NCBI GenBank assembly: GCA_963845565.1
Contig: CAWJSJ010000002.1
Coordinates: 576,001 to 640,000 of the forward strand
Length of the DNA stretch: 64,000 nt
Source of the DNA: an uncultured Methylomirabilota bacterium
GTDB lineage: Bacteria > Methylomirabilota > Methylomirabilia > Methylomirabilales > 2-02-FULL-66-22
Direction: 5' to 3'
Shown here piece by piece: positions 41,032-50,678 of the stretch (the stretch's first letter is position 1; the number at the start of each line of letters is the position of its first letter). The notes under the pieces were generated by a model that worked only from the letters and a program-made list of their open reading frames with translations, was not told where the DNA came from and searched no databases. Both the position numbers and the translations under genes were made by a program.

Positions 41032-42369
41032 CTACATCTCCTTGAACTTCTTGTTCAGGTCGGCATCCAGCTTGGTGAAGGCGTCCTTGACGGACATCCG
41101 CCTCAGCAGGGCTGATTGCGTGGCCGCCACGATGTCGTTGGCCGCGATGTCCGCCCAGAGCGGGTGCGGCAGGGGGTAGGCCCGCGCCACCGTCCCGTAC
41201 TCCAGGAACTGCACCAGCGTCGGGTCCTTCTTGACCTCGGGGTCGGTGGCCAGATCGGTGCGCATGGGCATCCAGTTGGAGACCAGCGCCCGCCTGATCC
41301 CCCACTCCCGGTCATTGACGAACTTGACGAACTTCCAGGCTGCCTCCACGTGCTTGCAGTCCTTGGAGATGCTGTCCGCAGCCATGGTGGCCATCGTCAC
41401 CTTCTTGTCCGCGTTCATCGGCGGGAAGGCCACGGCGATCTTGTCCTTGATGGCCGGGTTGTCCCCCACCACCTTGGCCACGCCCCAGTAGGCGTTCCGC
41501 ATGCTGGCGATCTTCTGCTGCGCGAAGAGGTTGGTCTGCTCCAGGTAGTTGATGCTGGCCGCACCCGGCGCGACGACCTTGTGGACCAGGTCCAGGTTCA
41601 GGTAGAACTCCAGCGCCTCCAGCGACTTCGGGTTGCCGGCGAAGGTGGCCTGGGTCATGTCCGCATTGAACGCCTCGCCGCCGTTCGACCAGATCCACAT
41701 GAGGAGCATCCGGGTGGTGGAGTCGGTCTTGCCCGCCAGGATGGCCAGCGCCCATTGCTGCCCTTCCCTGGTCAGCCTCTTCGACCAGTCCAGGTACTCG
41801 TTCCAGGTGGCGGGGGGCTTGGACAGGTCCAGGCCCGCCTGCTTCACCATCTCCTTGTTGTAGATCTCGCCGTAGATTCCGCCCCAGCTCGGCAGACCAT
41901 AGAACTTGCCCTGCCAGCTCGCCGTCTTGATGGCGTCGGCTGTCCAGGCTTGACGGTAGGATGCCGGCTCGGCTTGCCACAGGTCGTCCAGCGGCCGCAG
42001 GTATCCGTTGTAGGCCGCCGTCGCGATGTCCACGGAGACCACGTCCGGCGCCTGGTTCGCCTTGGACGCGGTCACGAACTTCGTCCAGTGGTCCTTCCGC
42101 GCCACCAGGATCGGTTCGACCTTGATATTGGGGTTCTGCGCCTCGAACTTGGCGATGATCGCCTTCCAGACTGGCTCGTACTGTGCCTCCGTCAGGTTCG
42201 CCGTCTGGTACTGAAGGACGATGCTGCCGCTCCGTGCGGCGGGCGCCGCCCCAGAGACCACACGACTACCGGCCACCGCCGTGGTGGCGGCCGCGGCCGC
42301 CAGCCCCTGCAGCACCTGCCGGCGCGACACGCCCCACTTGGCCCATCCATCGGATTTTCGATTCGTCAT
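41032..42369 (-). CDS. carbohydrate ABC substrate-binding protein with a Tat signal
   Basis: SRRQVL twin-arginine motif; FEAQNPNIKV, YNKEM and PATWNE. Confidence 0.88.
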   Translation of the reverse strand: MTNRKSDGWAKWGVSRRQVLQGLAAAAATTAVAGSRVVSGAAPAARSGSIVLQYQTANLTEAQYEPVWKAIIAKFEAQNPNIKVEPILVARKDHWTKFVTASKANQAPDVVSVDIATAAYNGYLRPLDDLWQAEPASYRQAWTADAIKTASWQGKFYGLPSWGGIYGEIYNKEMVKQAGLDLSKPPATWNEYLDWSKRLTREGQQWALAILAGKTDSTTRMLLMWIWSNGGEAFNADMTQATFAGNPKSLEALEFYLNLDLVHKVVAPGAASINYLEQTNLFAQQKIASMRNAYWGVAKVVGDNPAIKDKIAVAFPPMNADKKVTMATMAADSISKDCKHVEAAWKFVKFVNDREWGIRRALVSNWMPMRTDLATDPEVKKDPTLVQFLEYGTVARAYPLPHPLWADIAANDIVAATQSALLRRMSVKDAFTKLDADLNKKFKEM

Positions 42370-42413
42370 CGTCTCGCCTCCTTCTCTCCGCCTGCGATAC
42401 CGGACACTCTCGC

Positions 42414-43547
42414 CTATCGCCACAGGGACTCGGTCGTGCCGGAAACGGGCTGGGGGCGGAAGGCCCGCTCCTTGATCACCTCCAGCTTGAGATCGGTCCC
42501 GAGACCCGGCCCCGTCGGCAGCTCGAAGAACCCGTCCCGGTACTGGACGGGCGTCGTGCAGAGCGCATCCCGGATCGGCCGCTCCGCCTCCATCTGCTCC
42601 AGGATGTAGAAGTTCGGGATAGCGGCGGCGAGGTGCATGGCGGCCAGCATGCAGATCGGACCGCCGGGATTGTGCGGGGCCACGGGGATGTAGTAGGTGT
42701 CGGCCAGGCTGCATATCTTCCGCACCTCGGTGATGCCCGCCGCATGCATCACGTCCGGCTGGACGATCTTGCAGCCGCCCCCCTCCAGGAGTTCCCGGTA
42801 CTCCCAGCGCGACAGCAGCCGTTCCCCCGTGGCGATCGGCACCGGCATCTCCTGTTGCAGGCGGATCATGGCCTTGGCGTTCTCGAAGGGGATCGGCTCC
42901 TCGAACCACCCCGGTCGGTAGGGGGCAAAGGCCCTCGCGGCGGCCACCGCGGTGCGCGGGGAGAGCTTCTCCCCGCACTCGACGAAGATCTCCACCTCGG
43001 GCCCCACCGCCTCCCGCGCGGCGGCCATCAGTTCCGCGGCGCGGGCGATGGCCCCCGCCTCGTTCTGGCGCAGCCTCTCCCCGTTGAAGGCCCCCCACTT
43101 GAAACCGCTGAAGCCGCGTCGGACCGCCTCCCGCGCGGCGGCCTGCACCTTCTCCGGCGTGTCCGCCCCCACCAGCCAGTGGCTGGCATAGCCCCGCAGC
43201 CGCTCGCGGAATGGCCCGCCCAGCAGCCGGTAGACCGGCACCCCGAGCCGCTTCCCCTCCAGGTCCCAGAGGGCGATGTCGATGGCTCCCATGGCCGTGA
43301 AGAGCGTGGGGCCACCCCGCCAGCGCCAGGCGTGATACATCGCCTGCCAGTGCCGCTCCGGACCCGACGGGTCCTTGCCGACCAACAGGGGCGTCAGTTC
43401 GCGGATGGCCGTCTCCACCGACTCGATCGCTCCGTGGAGCGAGCCCTCACCCCAGCCGTGGAGCCCCTCGTCGGTGGACACTTTGACGAACAACCAGTTG
43501 CACCACTCGATCCAACACTTGAAGGTCTCGATCTTCGTGATCTTCAC
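42414..43547 (-). CDS. mandelate racemase/enolase-superfamily acid-sugar dehydratase (DgoD-like)
   Basis: DEGLHGWGE, DIALWDL, WFEEP, IATGER, APHNP and PGLG motifs. Confidence 0.88.
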   Translation of the reverse strand: MKITKIETFKCWIEWCNWLFVKVSTDEGLHGWGEGSLHGAIESVETAIRELTPLLVGKDPSGPERHWQAMYHAWRWRGGPTLFTAMGAIDIALWDLEGKRLGVPVYRLLGGPFRERLRGYASHWLVGADTPEKVQAAAREAVRRGFSGFKWGAFNGERLRQNEAGAIARAAELMAAAREAVGPEVEIFVECGEKLSPRTAVAAARAFAPYRPGWFEEPIPFENAKAMIRLQQEMPVPIATGERLLSRWEYRELLEGGGCKIVQPDVMHAAGITEVRKICSLADTYYIPVAPHNPGGPICMLAAMHLAAAIPNFYILEQMEAERPIRDALCTTPVQYRDGFFELPTGPGLGTDLKLEVIKERAFRPQPVSGTTESLWR

Positions 43548-43950
43548 CGTCCGTCCTCCATCGCGGTCCTCGCCGGCGGGCCTTCGGTCTTGACCTCTCG
43601 GATATGGCTGTACGCCGTGGCAGAGGGTAGCGCAAACCGTGCGTGCATGCAACGCGGCGAATCGCGCTATCTGTAACTGGATCGCCCGCCTGGACGCGGG
43701 CCACTGCCCAGCGTCGTTCTTCCTCGGGATGCCGTCCCATGGGAGCCTCCTTTTGCGAGGCTCCATAATGGCAGGCTACACACAGGAGGTGCGGAACACC
43801 CGAGATCGCGAAGCACGGTTGTCATGAATCTCGTGGTATTTGAGGGCCGGCGGTTCCCGACAATTCGCAAACGTCGTTCGGTGCCAGTGCCAACGCACGC
43901 GCACACTGGGCGATGGCACCTCGCACCTCCCGCCGAGAGCGTCTCGCCGC

Positions 43951-45180
43951 TCACCCGACCTCGACCGGTTCATCAGGGGCGGACGACTTGGACCGGGTCG
44001 CAGCCCCCACCGGCCCCGGTGCTGGTGTCCGCCCCGGCATCAGGTGGCGTGGCAGAAACGCCGCGTTGGCGATCAGCGTGGGCACTACGGCGCTGGCGAT
44101 GACCGCCGCCACCAGGTAGGTATACTGCTCCGAGGATACGATCCCATGAGTCAGACCGAAGAGGGCCGAGATGGTGCCGAACGTAAGCCCGGTGGACATC
44201 AGCAGGGTGTAGTACCAGCGCTCCGCGCGCTCCGCCCGGAACCGCCCGACGACCGGGTGCAGGCCGAAGATCTTGGTGGCGACCTTCCCGGCAAACAGGG
44301 CGAGAAACGCGACTGGAGCGGCCAGCAGGGCCGGGAGGGAGACGAAGGAGCCGGCACGCAGGAAATAGATGGGGGTCAGGAAGCCGATCGTCAGCGTCCG
44401 CAACCGCCGGATGAACGCGTGGTCGCTCCCCAGGGCAGTGGCGAGCACCATCCCGGCGACATAGGCGGGCAGCACCGCCTCGCTCCCCGCCCAGAGGGCC
44501 AGCGAGCCCAGCCCGAAAAGAACGAACAGCACCCACTTCGTGCGGAACGCCGCGGTGCGGTTTGCGTAATGGTTCATGAGGTGAGGCGTGACCACGGGCA
44601 AGAGGGTGAAGGCCAGAAGACAGACCGCCGCGAACACCAGGGTCCGCCAGGTAAAGGGTGCGAACATGGCCCCCAAGGCCAGGACCGTCCCCAGGTCGGT
44701 GATGAAGCAGGCCCCCAGGATCCCCTTGCCGAAATCCGTGCGGTTGAGCCCCGTCTCCAGCATCACCGCGTACACGACGGCCATGGAGGTGGTCGACATG
44801 GCAATCCCGGCCAGCCAACTCGCCCCGGATGACCAGCCCAGCGCGTATCGCGCGATGGCGGCGCACCCCAGGAACGGCGCGAGGAAGCTGACGATCCCCA
44901 CGACGGTGACCTCGCGCCATTTCCGCCGCATGACCGCCGGCTCCAGTTCGGCCCCGGCCAGGAACGTGAGGACCACGGCCCCGGTCGCGGCCAGGAATTT
45001 CAACCAGGGTTGGTTGGACCCCATGGCCTCCGCGCCGGCAAGGGGCCCGATGATCGCTGCCGCGGCGACCCCGACCAGGATCTCCGTCAGCGCCCCCGAC
45101 ACCTTCAGGCGTGAGGCCAAGAAAGTGGCAACGAGGGCGAGTCCGAACCACAGGGTCGCGATGCCGAATGCCTGCTCCAT
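43951..45180 (-). CDS. cation:proton antiporter (CPA/Na_H_Exchanger family)
   Basis: About 12 TM helices; FLAGAEL, STTSMAVV and MSTGLTFG; lies downstream of a fluoride riboswitch. Confidence 0.85.
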   Translation of the reverse strand: MEQAFGIATLWFGLALVATFLASRLKVSGALTEILVGVAAAAIIGPLAGAEAMGSNQPWLKFLAATGAVVLTFLAGAELEPAVMRRKWREVTVVGIVSFLAPFLGCAAIARYALGWSSGASWLAGIAMSTTSMAVVYAVMLETGLNRTDFGKGILGACFITDLGTVLALGAMFAPFTWRTLVFAAVCLLAFTLLPVVTPHLMNHYANRTAAFRTKWVLFVLFGLGSLALWAGSEAVLPAYVAGMVLATALGSDHAFIRRLRTLTIGFLTPIYFLRAGSFVSLPALLAAPVAFLALFAGKVATKIFGLHPVVGRFRAERAERWYYTLLMSTGLTFGTISALFGLTHGIVSSEQYTYLVAAVIASAVVPTLIANAAFLPRHLMPGRTPAPGPVGAATRSKSSAPDEPVEVG

Positions 45181-45243
45181 ACCCAACCTCTCCTGCAGGG
45201 GCGCCCCCCGCCTGGTACGATCGGGGGCCGTCACGAGGACAAC

Positions 45244-45274
45244 AAAAAACTCCCACCGGCGCTGCCAGTAGGAG
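45244..45274 (-). terminator. intrinsic terminator forming the riboswitch expression platform
   Basis: Minus strand CTCCTACTGGC-AGC-GCCGGTGGGAG-TTTTTT; the 5' arm overlaps the 3' end of the aptamer. Confidence 0.8.
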
Positions 45275-45317
45275 TCATCACCCCGCTCGGGGCGGGGACA
45301 CGCGAACTCCATCGCGA
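45267..45317 (-). ncRNA. fluoride (crcB) riboswitch
   Basis: Minus strand CGCGATGGAGTTCGCG...TGATGACTCCTAC fits the crcB consensus, with a GGAGT/ACTCC pseudoknot. Promoter TTGACG-N17-GATACT at 45359-45331. Confidence 0.9.
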
Positions 45318-45558
45318 TTCGACTGGAAGAAGTATCGTCCGCGGACGCCGCGTCGTCAAGCCGATTTCCTGTTCTCTGCCCATTGCCACACGAGGCCCAC
45401 GTTTCTCGTGTGCCCCTGGAAGAGCCGGCCCCCCGGAGGAAATCGGCTGTTGACGAGTCGGCGTCAAATAATATATTAGAGACATATTGGTGGTGCATTG
45501 GCCGCCTTCAGGGACTGGGAGGAGTTCATCGCGGACGCCGGGTCATCAGGGGGTGCGC

Positions 45559-45830
45559 ATGGCGGCCGAATCGTTGGCCGATCACGTTTCCGAGACCATC
45601 GGAAACGTGATCATCGCCTGTGCGCTCCGGCCCGGCCGGCAGATCGCGCAACCGCAACAAACACCTCTACCGATCCATCGCCGTCACGACGGGAAGCCAA
45701 GCGCTCGTCGAGGCGCTCTCGGGCAGATGGTGCGCCTGGGGCCGTCTTGACGCGCACGCGCAGTCAACGACAACCGCATTGCTGAATGTCTACCGAAAGG
45801 AGGTCGCGGATCCGGACGTCCACAACCATC
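45559..45830 (+). pseudogene. degraded GntR/FadR-type regulator remnant
   Basis: MAAESLADHVSETIGNVIIACALRPGRQI resembles a GntR N-terminus. LYRSIAVTTGSQALVEAL in another frame resembles an FCD domain. The HTH is missing. Confidence 0.5.
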
Positions 45831-45881
45831 GCCCTGCGTTCCTGCTGGCACCATTCACACCCGTACGGAAGGAGGATTCCA

Positions 45882-47042
45882 GTGAAGGTCAATACCAGAG
45901 TCGGCCTGTCGTGCCTCGCCGTAGTGCTGGGCGTTGCATTTCTGGGCGCACCGGCGTCCGCGCAAACGATCAAGATCGGCCATCAGGTCGCCTTGACGGG
46001 CCCCAACGCCACCTGGGGCCAGTCGGAGGCCAACGCTGTGAAAATGGCCGTGGACAAAGTCAACGCGCAGGGCGGCGTGCTGGGGCGGAAGCTCGAGATC
46101 GTCGCCTATGACAACCGGGCGGACCGCCTGGAAGCCGTCAATGTCGCCAAGCGGCTGGTGGAACAGGACAAGGTCGTTGCCATCATCGGTCCGGCGCAGA
46201 GCGGCGTGACCAACGCCATTCGCGAAGTGAACAACTCTGCCAAGGTGCCCGTGATCGCCACCACGGCCACCAATCCCAAGGTCACCGTGAACGACAACGG
46301 TTCGGTGGTCCCCTACACCTTCCGTGTGTGTTTCATCGACCCCTTCCAGGGCACGGTCGCCGCGCAATTCGCGTTCAAGGATTTGAAGGCCAAGACGGCT
46401 GCCGTCCTGTACGACGTGGGCGACGAGTATTCCCAGTTCCTGGCCAAGTACTTCGTGGAGGCTTTCGAGAAGGCCGGCGGAAAGATCACGACGAACGAGG
46501 CGTTCCGGTCCGGCGAACTCGACTTCCGCGCCCAACTCGGCAAGATCAAGTACGGCAACCCGGACGTGCTGTTCGTTCCCACCATGCAAAAGGAGGCCGC
46601 GCTGGTGGCCAAGCAGGCCCGAGACCTGGGGATCAAGGCAAAGCTCCTGGGGGGCGACGGCTGGGGCAGCCCCGACCTCTTTGACCTGGCCGGGCCGGCG
46701 ATCGACGGGTCGTATTTCGTCAATATCGCGGCCCTGGAAGATCCGGCGATTCAGGAGTTCATCAAGGACTATCGCGCCAAGTACAAAGAGGACCCGGTGT
46801 TGCCGAACCCCGTGCTGGCCTATGACGCCGTGCTGTGGCTGGTCGATGCCATCAAACGCGCCGGCACGACCGACGGCGAGAAGCTGAAGGCGGCGATGGA
46901 GCAGACCAAGAACCTGCAGGTCCTCACAGGCAAGTTGACCGTCGATCCCAAGACGCACAATCCCCTGAACAAGCCCGCCGTGATTCAGGAAACCAAGGGC
47001 GGGAAGTTCGTCTACGTCAAGACGTTTGTAACAACCGACTGA
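45882..47042 (+). CDS. branched-chain amino acid-type ABC substrate-binding protein (LivK/LivJ family)
   Basis: Signal peptide; IKIG, LTGPNATWG, FRVCFIDPFQG and LLGGDGW. Confidence 0.92.
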   Translation: MKVNTRVGLSCLAVVLGVAFLGAPASAQTIKIGHQVALTGPNATWGQSEANAVKMAVDKVNAQGGVLGRKLEIVAYDNRADRLEAVNVAKRLVEQDKVVAIIGPAQSGVTNAIREVNNSAKVPVIATTATNPKVTVNDNGSVVPYTFRVCFIDPFQGTVAAQFAFKDLKAKTAAVLYDVGDEYSQFLAKYFVEAFEKAGGKITTNEAFRSGELDFRAQLGKIKYGNPDVLFVPTMQKEAALVAKQARDLGIKAKLLGGDGWGSPDLFDLAGPAIDGSYFVNIAALEDPAIQEFIKDYRAKYKEDPVLPNPVLAYDAVLWLVDAIKRAGTTDGEKLKAAMEQTKNLQVLTGKLTVDPKTHNPLNKPAVIQETKGGKFVYVKTFVTTD

Positions 47043-47053
47043 GCTGATTTCCG

Positions 47054-47099
47054 CGCGATGGCGGGGCGGCCCGACCTCTCGGACCGCTCCGCCATCGCG
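47054..47099. repeat. long hairpin after the substrate-binding gene
   Basis: CGCGATGGCGGGGCGG...CCGCTCCGCCATCGCG. Confidence 0.6.
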
Positions 47100-47119
47100 T
47101 CGGTGCGGTGAGGTGTCCG

Positions 47120-48010
47120 GTGGTCCTGCAAACGATCATCACCGGCCTGTCGATCGGCAGCATCTACGCGCTGATGGCCGTGGGCTATTCGCTGGTCTTC
47201 TCGGTGCTGAATTTCTCCAATTTTGCCCACGGCGCCATCATCACCCTGGGCGCATACATCGCGTGGGCTATCATGGTCCACTTCTTCAGGCTGCCGTTCC
47301 TGCCCGCCCTGCTGCTGTCGATCGTGGGGGCGGGCATCCTGGCCTTCCTGAACGAGCGCATCGCCTACCGGACGCTCCGCCGCCGCCGCGCGCCCTCGCT
47401 CTATCTCATGATCAGCGCCATGGGCATGGCCATCGCCCTGCAGAACCTCTTGTACGCCACCGTCGGCGCCAAGCTCTACGCCCTCCCGCCGGTGTTCACG
47501 CAGGATTCGTTCGAAGTGGGCGGCGCGACGATCAGTCGCATGGATCTCTTTGCCTTTGTCTTTTCCGTCGTGGCGATCGGCTTGCTGCACTTCCTCCTCA
47601 TGCATACCAAGGTCGGCACGGCGATCCGCGCCGCGTCCCACGACATGGAAATGGTCGCGGTCCTGGGGGTGAACCTCGACGTGCTGGTGGCGGTGCTGTT
47701 CCTCATCGCCGGCGGCCTCGGCGGCATGGCGGGGGTCTTCATGGGCGTCAAGTACATGGTGTATCCGAGCATGGGCTGGATCACCAACAAGGCGTACATC
47801 GGCGCGGTCATCGGCGGACTGGGAAGCCTGCCCGGCGCGATCGTCGGGGGCATCCTGCTGGGCCTCCTCGAGGCGCTGGTGTCGGTGACCACCATCGGCT
47901 CGGTGCAGTTGTCCACCTATCGGGATGTGTTCAGCTTCGGCATCTTGGCCATCCTCCTCATCGTGCGCCCGACGGGCCTGTTCGGCCGGTTCGTCGAGGA
48001 GAAGCTCTAG
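47120..48010 (+). CDS. livH: Liv-type ABC permease
   Basis: GSIYALMAVGYSLV, NFAHG, IGGLGSLPGA and RPTGLFG motifs. Confidence 0.88.
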   Translation: MVLQTIITGLSIGSIYALMAVGYSLVFSVLNFSNFAHGAIITLGAYIAWAIMVHFFRLPFLPALLLSIVGAGILAFLNERIAYRTLRRRRAPSLYLMISAMGMAIALQNLLYATVGAKLYALPPVFTQDSFEVGGATISRMDLFAFVFSVVAIGLLHFLLMHTKVGTAIRAASHDMEMVAVLGVNLDVLVAVLFLIAGGLGGMAGVFMGVKYMVYPSMGWITNKAYIGAVIGGLGSLPGAIVGGILLGLLEALVSVTTIGSVQLSTYRDVFSFGILAILLIVRPTGLFGRFVEEKL

Positions 48011-48019
48011 GAGGCAGGC

Positions 48020-49942
48020 ATGGCATACGCGCAAGCGATCTTCACCAATTCGGCGATCTATATCATCGCGGCGATGGGCCTGGCCATCTTCACCGGCTAC
48101 ACGGGCCTGTTCAGCCTCGGCCATGCGGCGTTCATGGCCGTGGGCGCCTACACGGCGGCGATCCTCACCTATTTCTACCACTGGCCGTTGTTGCCCGCCT
48201 TGCTGGTCGGCATGATCGTGTCCGTGCTGGTCAGTGTGGTGGTCGGCTACCCCACCTTGCGCGCCAAGCTGCGCTCGGATTATTTCGCCATCGCGACGCT
48301 CGGATTCGGCGAGGCGCTGAAAGTCGTCCTCGAGAACCTGGACCTCACGCAGGGCGCGCGCGGGCTGCCCGGCATCCAAAAGCTGGCGGACCCGGTCAAC
48401 ACGGCGGTCTGGATGGTGCTGACGATCTGGCTGTGCCGAAACTTCCTGCGCAGCACCTACGGTCGCAAGATCATCGCCATCGGCCAGGACCCCGTCGCCG
48501 CCGAGATGATCGGGATTCGACTCTTGCCGAACCAGATGCTCTCCTTGGCGATCAGCGCCGCCTGTGCCGGCCTGTCGGGCGGATTGCTCGCCCACTACAT
48601 CACCTTCATCCAGCCGGCCATCTTCAGCATGGACTTGTCCAGCCTGTTAACGGCCGGCGTGGTGTGCGGCGGCATGGGCAGCCTGACGGGCCCCTTCGTG
48701 GCCACGGCCCTGTTCGTCGTCGTGCCGGAACTGTTCCGCGGCTTGGCCCTGTGGCGCCTGGTGCTCTACGGCGTGCTCCTCGTGGTCATCATGAACTTGC
48801 GCCCCAAGGGCCTCTTCGGCCACGAAGAGTTGAGCCTGAGCAATTTGCCCAAGCTCTTCATGATGGTTGGCCTTACCGCGGGTCTGACCATAGGCGCCGG
48901 CTTCTACAAAGACTACGTGCAAGAATGGGGAGAGATCCCGGCGTGGCTGTTGGCGGCCGCGGTCACCCTGGGTGCGACCCTGGCAATCAGCTACCTGGGT
49001 CATGGCCTGGCCTGGCTCCTGCGACCGGCCCTGCCGCGCCTCGGGGCGGTCTGGAATCGCCACGTCACCGGTTTCGTGCGGGTTCTCGGCGGACGGAAGA
49101 CCCAGACCGCCCCCGTGATCGCCCCCCCCTCGCCGGACCCGCCCGTGCCCCTTGACCAACCGCTCTTGCGCATTCGCGGCTTGAGTAAGCGGTTCGGCGG
49201 CGTGATCGCTGTCGACGACGTGGACCTCGAGGTGTGGCCCGGCCAGGTCGTGGGTCTCATCGGCCCGAACGGGTCCGGCAAGACCACGCTGTTCAACCTG
49301 ATGAGCGGCGTCTACCCGGTCGACTCCGGATCCGTGCTTTTCGGTGGCCGCGAACTGGCGGGGCAGCCGCCGACCAGCATCGTGCTCGGAGGCATCTCGC
49401 GGACGTTTCAAAACATCCGGCTTTTTCCCAGCATGACCGTCCTGGAAAACGTGCAGACGGCACTCCACCGGGCCGGCGACTACGGCCTGCTCGCCGCCCT
49501 GGTGCAGTGGCCGTGGACGGTCTGGGCCACGGAAGAAAGATTGCGGAACGGCGCGTTGGAGCTACTCGATCTGCTGGAGTTACGAGCGCATGCCGATCGC
49601 GTCGCCGGGACACTGCCCTATGGGTTGCAGCGCAAGCTCGAGATCGCCCGCGCCCTCGCCCTGCAGCCGACGCTCCTCTTGCTTGACGAGCCGGCCGCTG
49701 GGATGAACCCCCGCGAATCGCTCGAACTGGTCGCGCTGCTCAGGCGCGTCCACCAGCGACGGCACCTGACGATCATCTTGATCGAACACCACATGGACGT
49801 CGTCATGAACCTGTGCGAGCGCATCACCGTGCTCAATTTCGGCAAGAAGATCGCAGAGGGAACGCCCGGCGAGATCCAAGCCAACCCCCTCGTGCTGGAA
49901 GCCTATCTGGGAGACACGGTGGAGCATGTTGCTATCCGTTGA
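48020..49942 (+). CDS. fused Liv-type permease and ATP-binding protein (LivM-LivG)
   Basis: N-terminal half: GYTGLFSLGHAAF, YFAIATLGFGE. C-terminal half: GPNGSGKTT, RTFQNIRLF, LPYG, LDEPAAG. Confidence 0.88.
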   Translation: MAYAQAIFTNSAIYIIAAMGLAIFTGYTGLFSLGHAAFMAVGAYTAAILTYFYHWPLLPALLVGMIVSVLVSVVVGYPTLRAKLRSDYFAIATLGFGEALKVVLENLDLTQGARGLPGIQKLADPVNTAVWMVLTIWLCRNFLRSTYGRKIIAIGQDPVAAEMIGIRLLPNQMLSLAISAACAGLSGGLLAHYITFIQPAIFSMDLSSLLTAGVVCGGMGSLTGPFVATALFVVVPELFRGLALWRLVLYGVLLVVIMNLRPKGLFGHEELSLSNLPKLFMMVGLTAGLTIGAGFYKDYVQEWGEIPAWLLAAAVTLGATLAISYLGHGLAWLLRPALPRLGAVWNRHVTGFVRVLGGRKTQTAPVIAPPSPDPPVPLDQPLLRIRGLSKRFGGVIAVDDVDLEVWPGQVVGLIGPNGSGKTTLFNLMSGVYPVDSGSVLFGGRELAGQPPTSIVLGGISRTFQNIRLFPSMTVLENVQTALHRAGDYGLLAALVQWPWTVWATEERLRNGALELLDLLELRAHADRVAGTLPYGLQRKLEIARALALQPTLLLLDEPAAGMNPRESLELVALLRRVHQRRHLTIILIEHHMDVVMNLCERITVLNFGKKIAEGTPGEIQANPLVLEAYLGDTVEHVAIR

Positions 49943-50678
49943 GCGACTGAACTGTTTTTACGGCGAAGCGATCCACGCCCTGCGCGACGTGAGCTTTGGG
50001 GTCGAGGAGGGGACCATCGCTGCGATCATCGGGGCGAATGGCGCAGGGAAGTCCACCCTGATGTGGACGCTGGTCGGCCTGCTCCGGCCTGCCTCCGGGA
50101 CCATCACGTTCAATGGCCAACCAGTCAGGCCGGTTCCGCACCAGGCGGTGGCCTCGGGGATCGCGCTCGTCCCGGAGCGGCGACGCCTCTTTCCCAACCT
50201 CAGCGTGCGCGAGAACCTGACGCTGGGCGGTTACCGGCGCAGCGACCGGGCCGGAATCGCCAAGGACGAGGAGTACGTGTTTTCGCTCTTTCCCGTCTTG
50301 AAGGAGCGGCTGGCCCAGTATGCCGGAACACTCTCCGGAGGGCAGCAGCAGATGCTCGCGATCGCCCGGGCGCTGATGTCCCGCCCCAAGCTCTTGCTGC
50401 TCGACGAGCCGTCGCTCGGCCTGGCGCCGGTCCTGGTGCGTCAGGTGTTCGACACGATCCAGGAAATCTCGCGCCAGGGCATGACGATCTTGCTGGTCGA
50501 GCAGAACGCCCTCAAGGCCCTGGAGGTCTCGACCTGCGCGTATGTACTAGAGGTTGGGCGGATCGTCCTCCAGGGCTTGGGGCGAGATCTGCTACGGAAC
50601 CCGGCGGTCCAGGCGGCGTATCTCGGCGTCCGTCAGCAGACGGAGGTCATCTTGGAGGAGGAGTCCCGTGCTCACTGA
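49926..50678 (+). CDS. livF: Liv-type ABC ATP-binding protein
   Basis: GANGAGKST, LSGGQQQML, LDEPSLGLAP and VEQNA motifs. Confidence 0.92.
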   Translation: MLLSVERLNCFYGEAIHALRDVSFGVEEGTIAAIIGANGAGKSTLMWTLVGLLRPASGTITFNGQPVRPVPHQAVASGIALVPERRRLFPNLSVRENLTLGGYRRSDRAGIAKDEEYVFSLFPVLKERLAQYAGTLSGGQQQMLAIARALMSRPKLLLLDEPSLGLAPVLVRQVFDTIQEISRQGMTILLVEQNALKALEVSTCAYVLEVGRIVLQGLGRDLLRNPAVQAAYLGVRQQTEVILEEESRAH

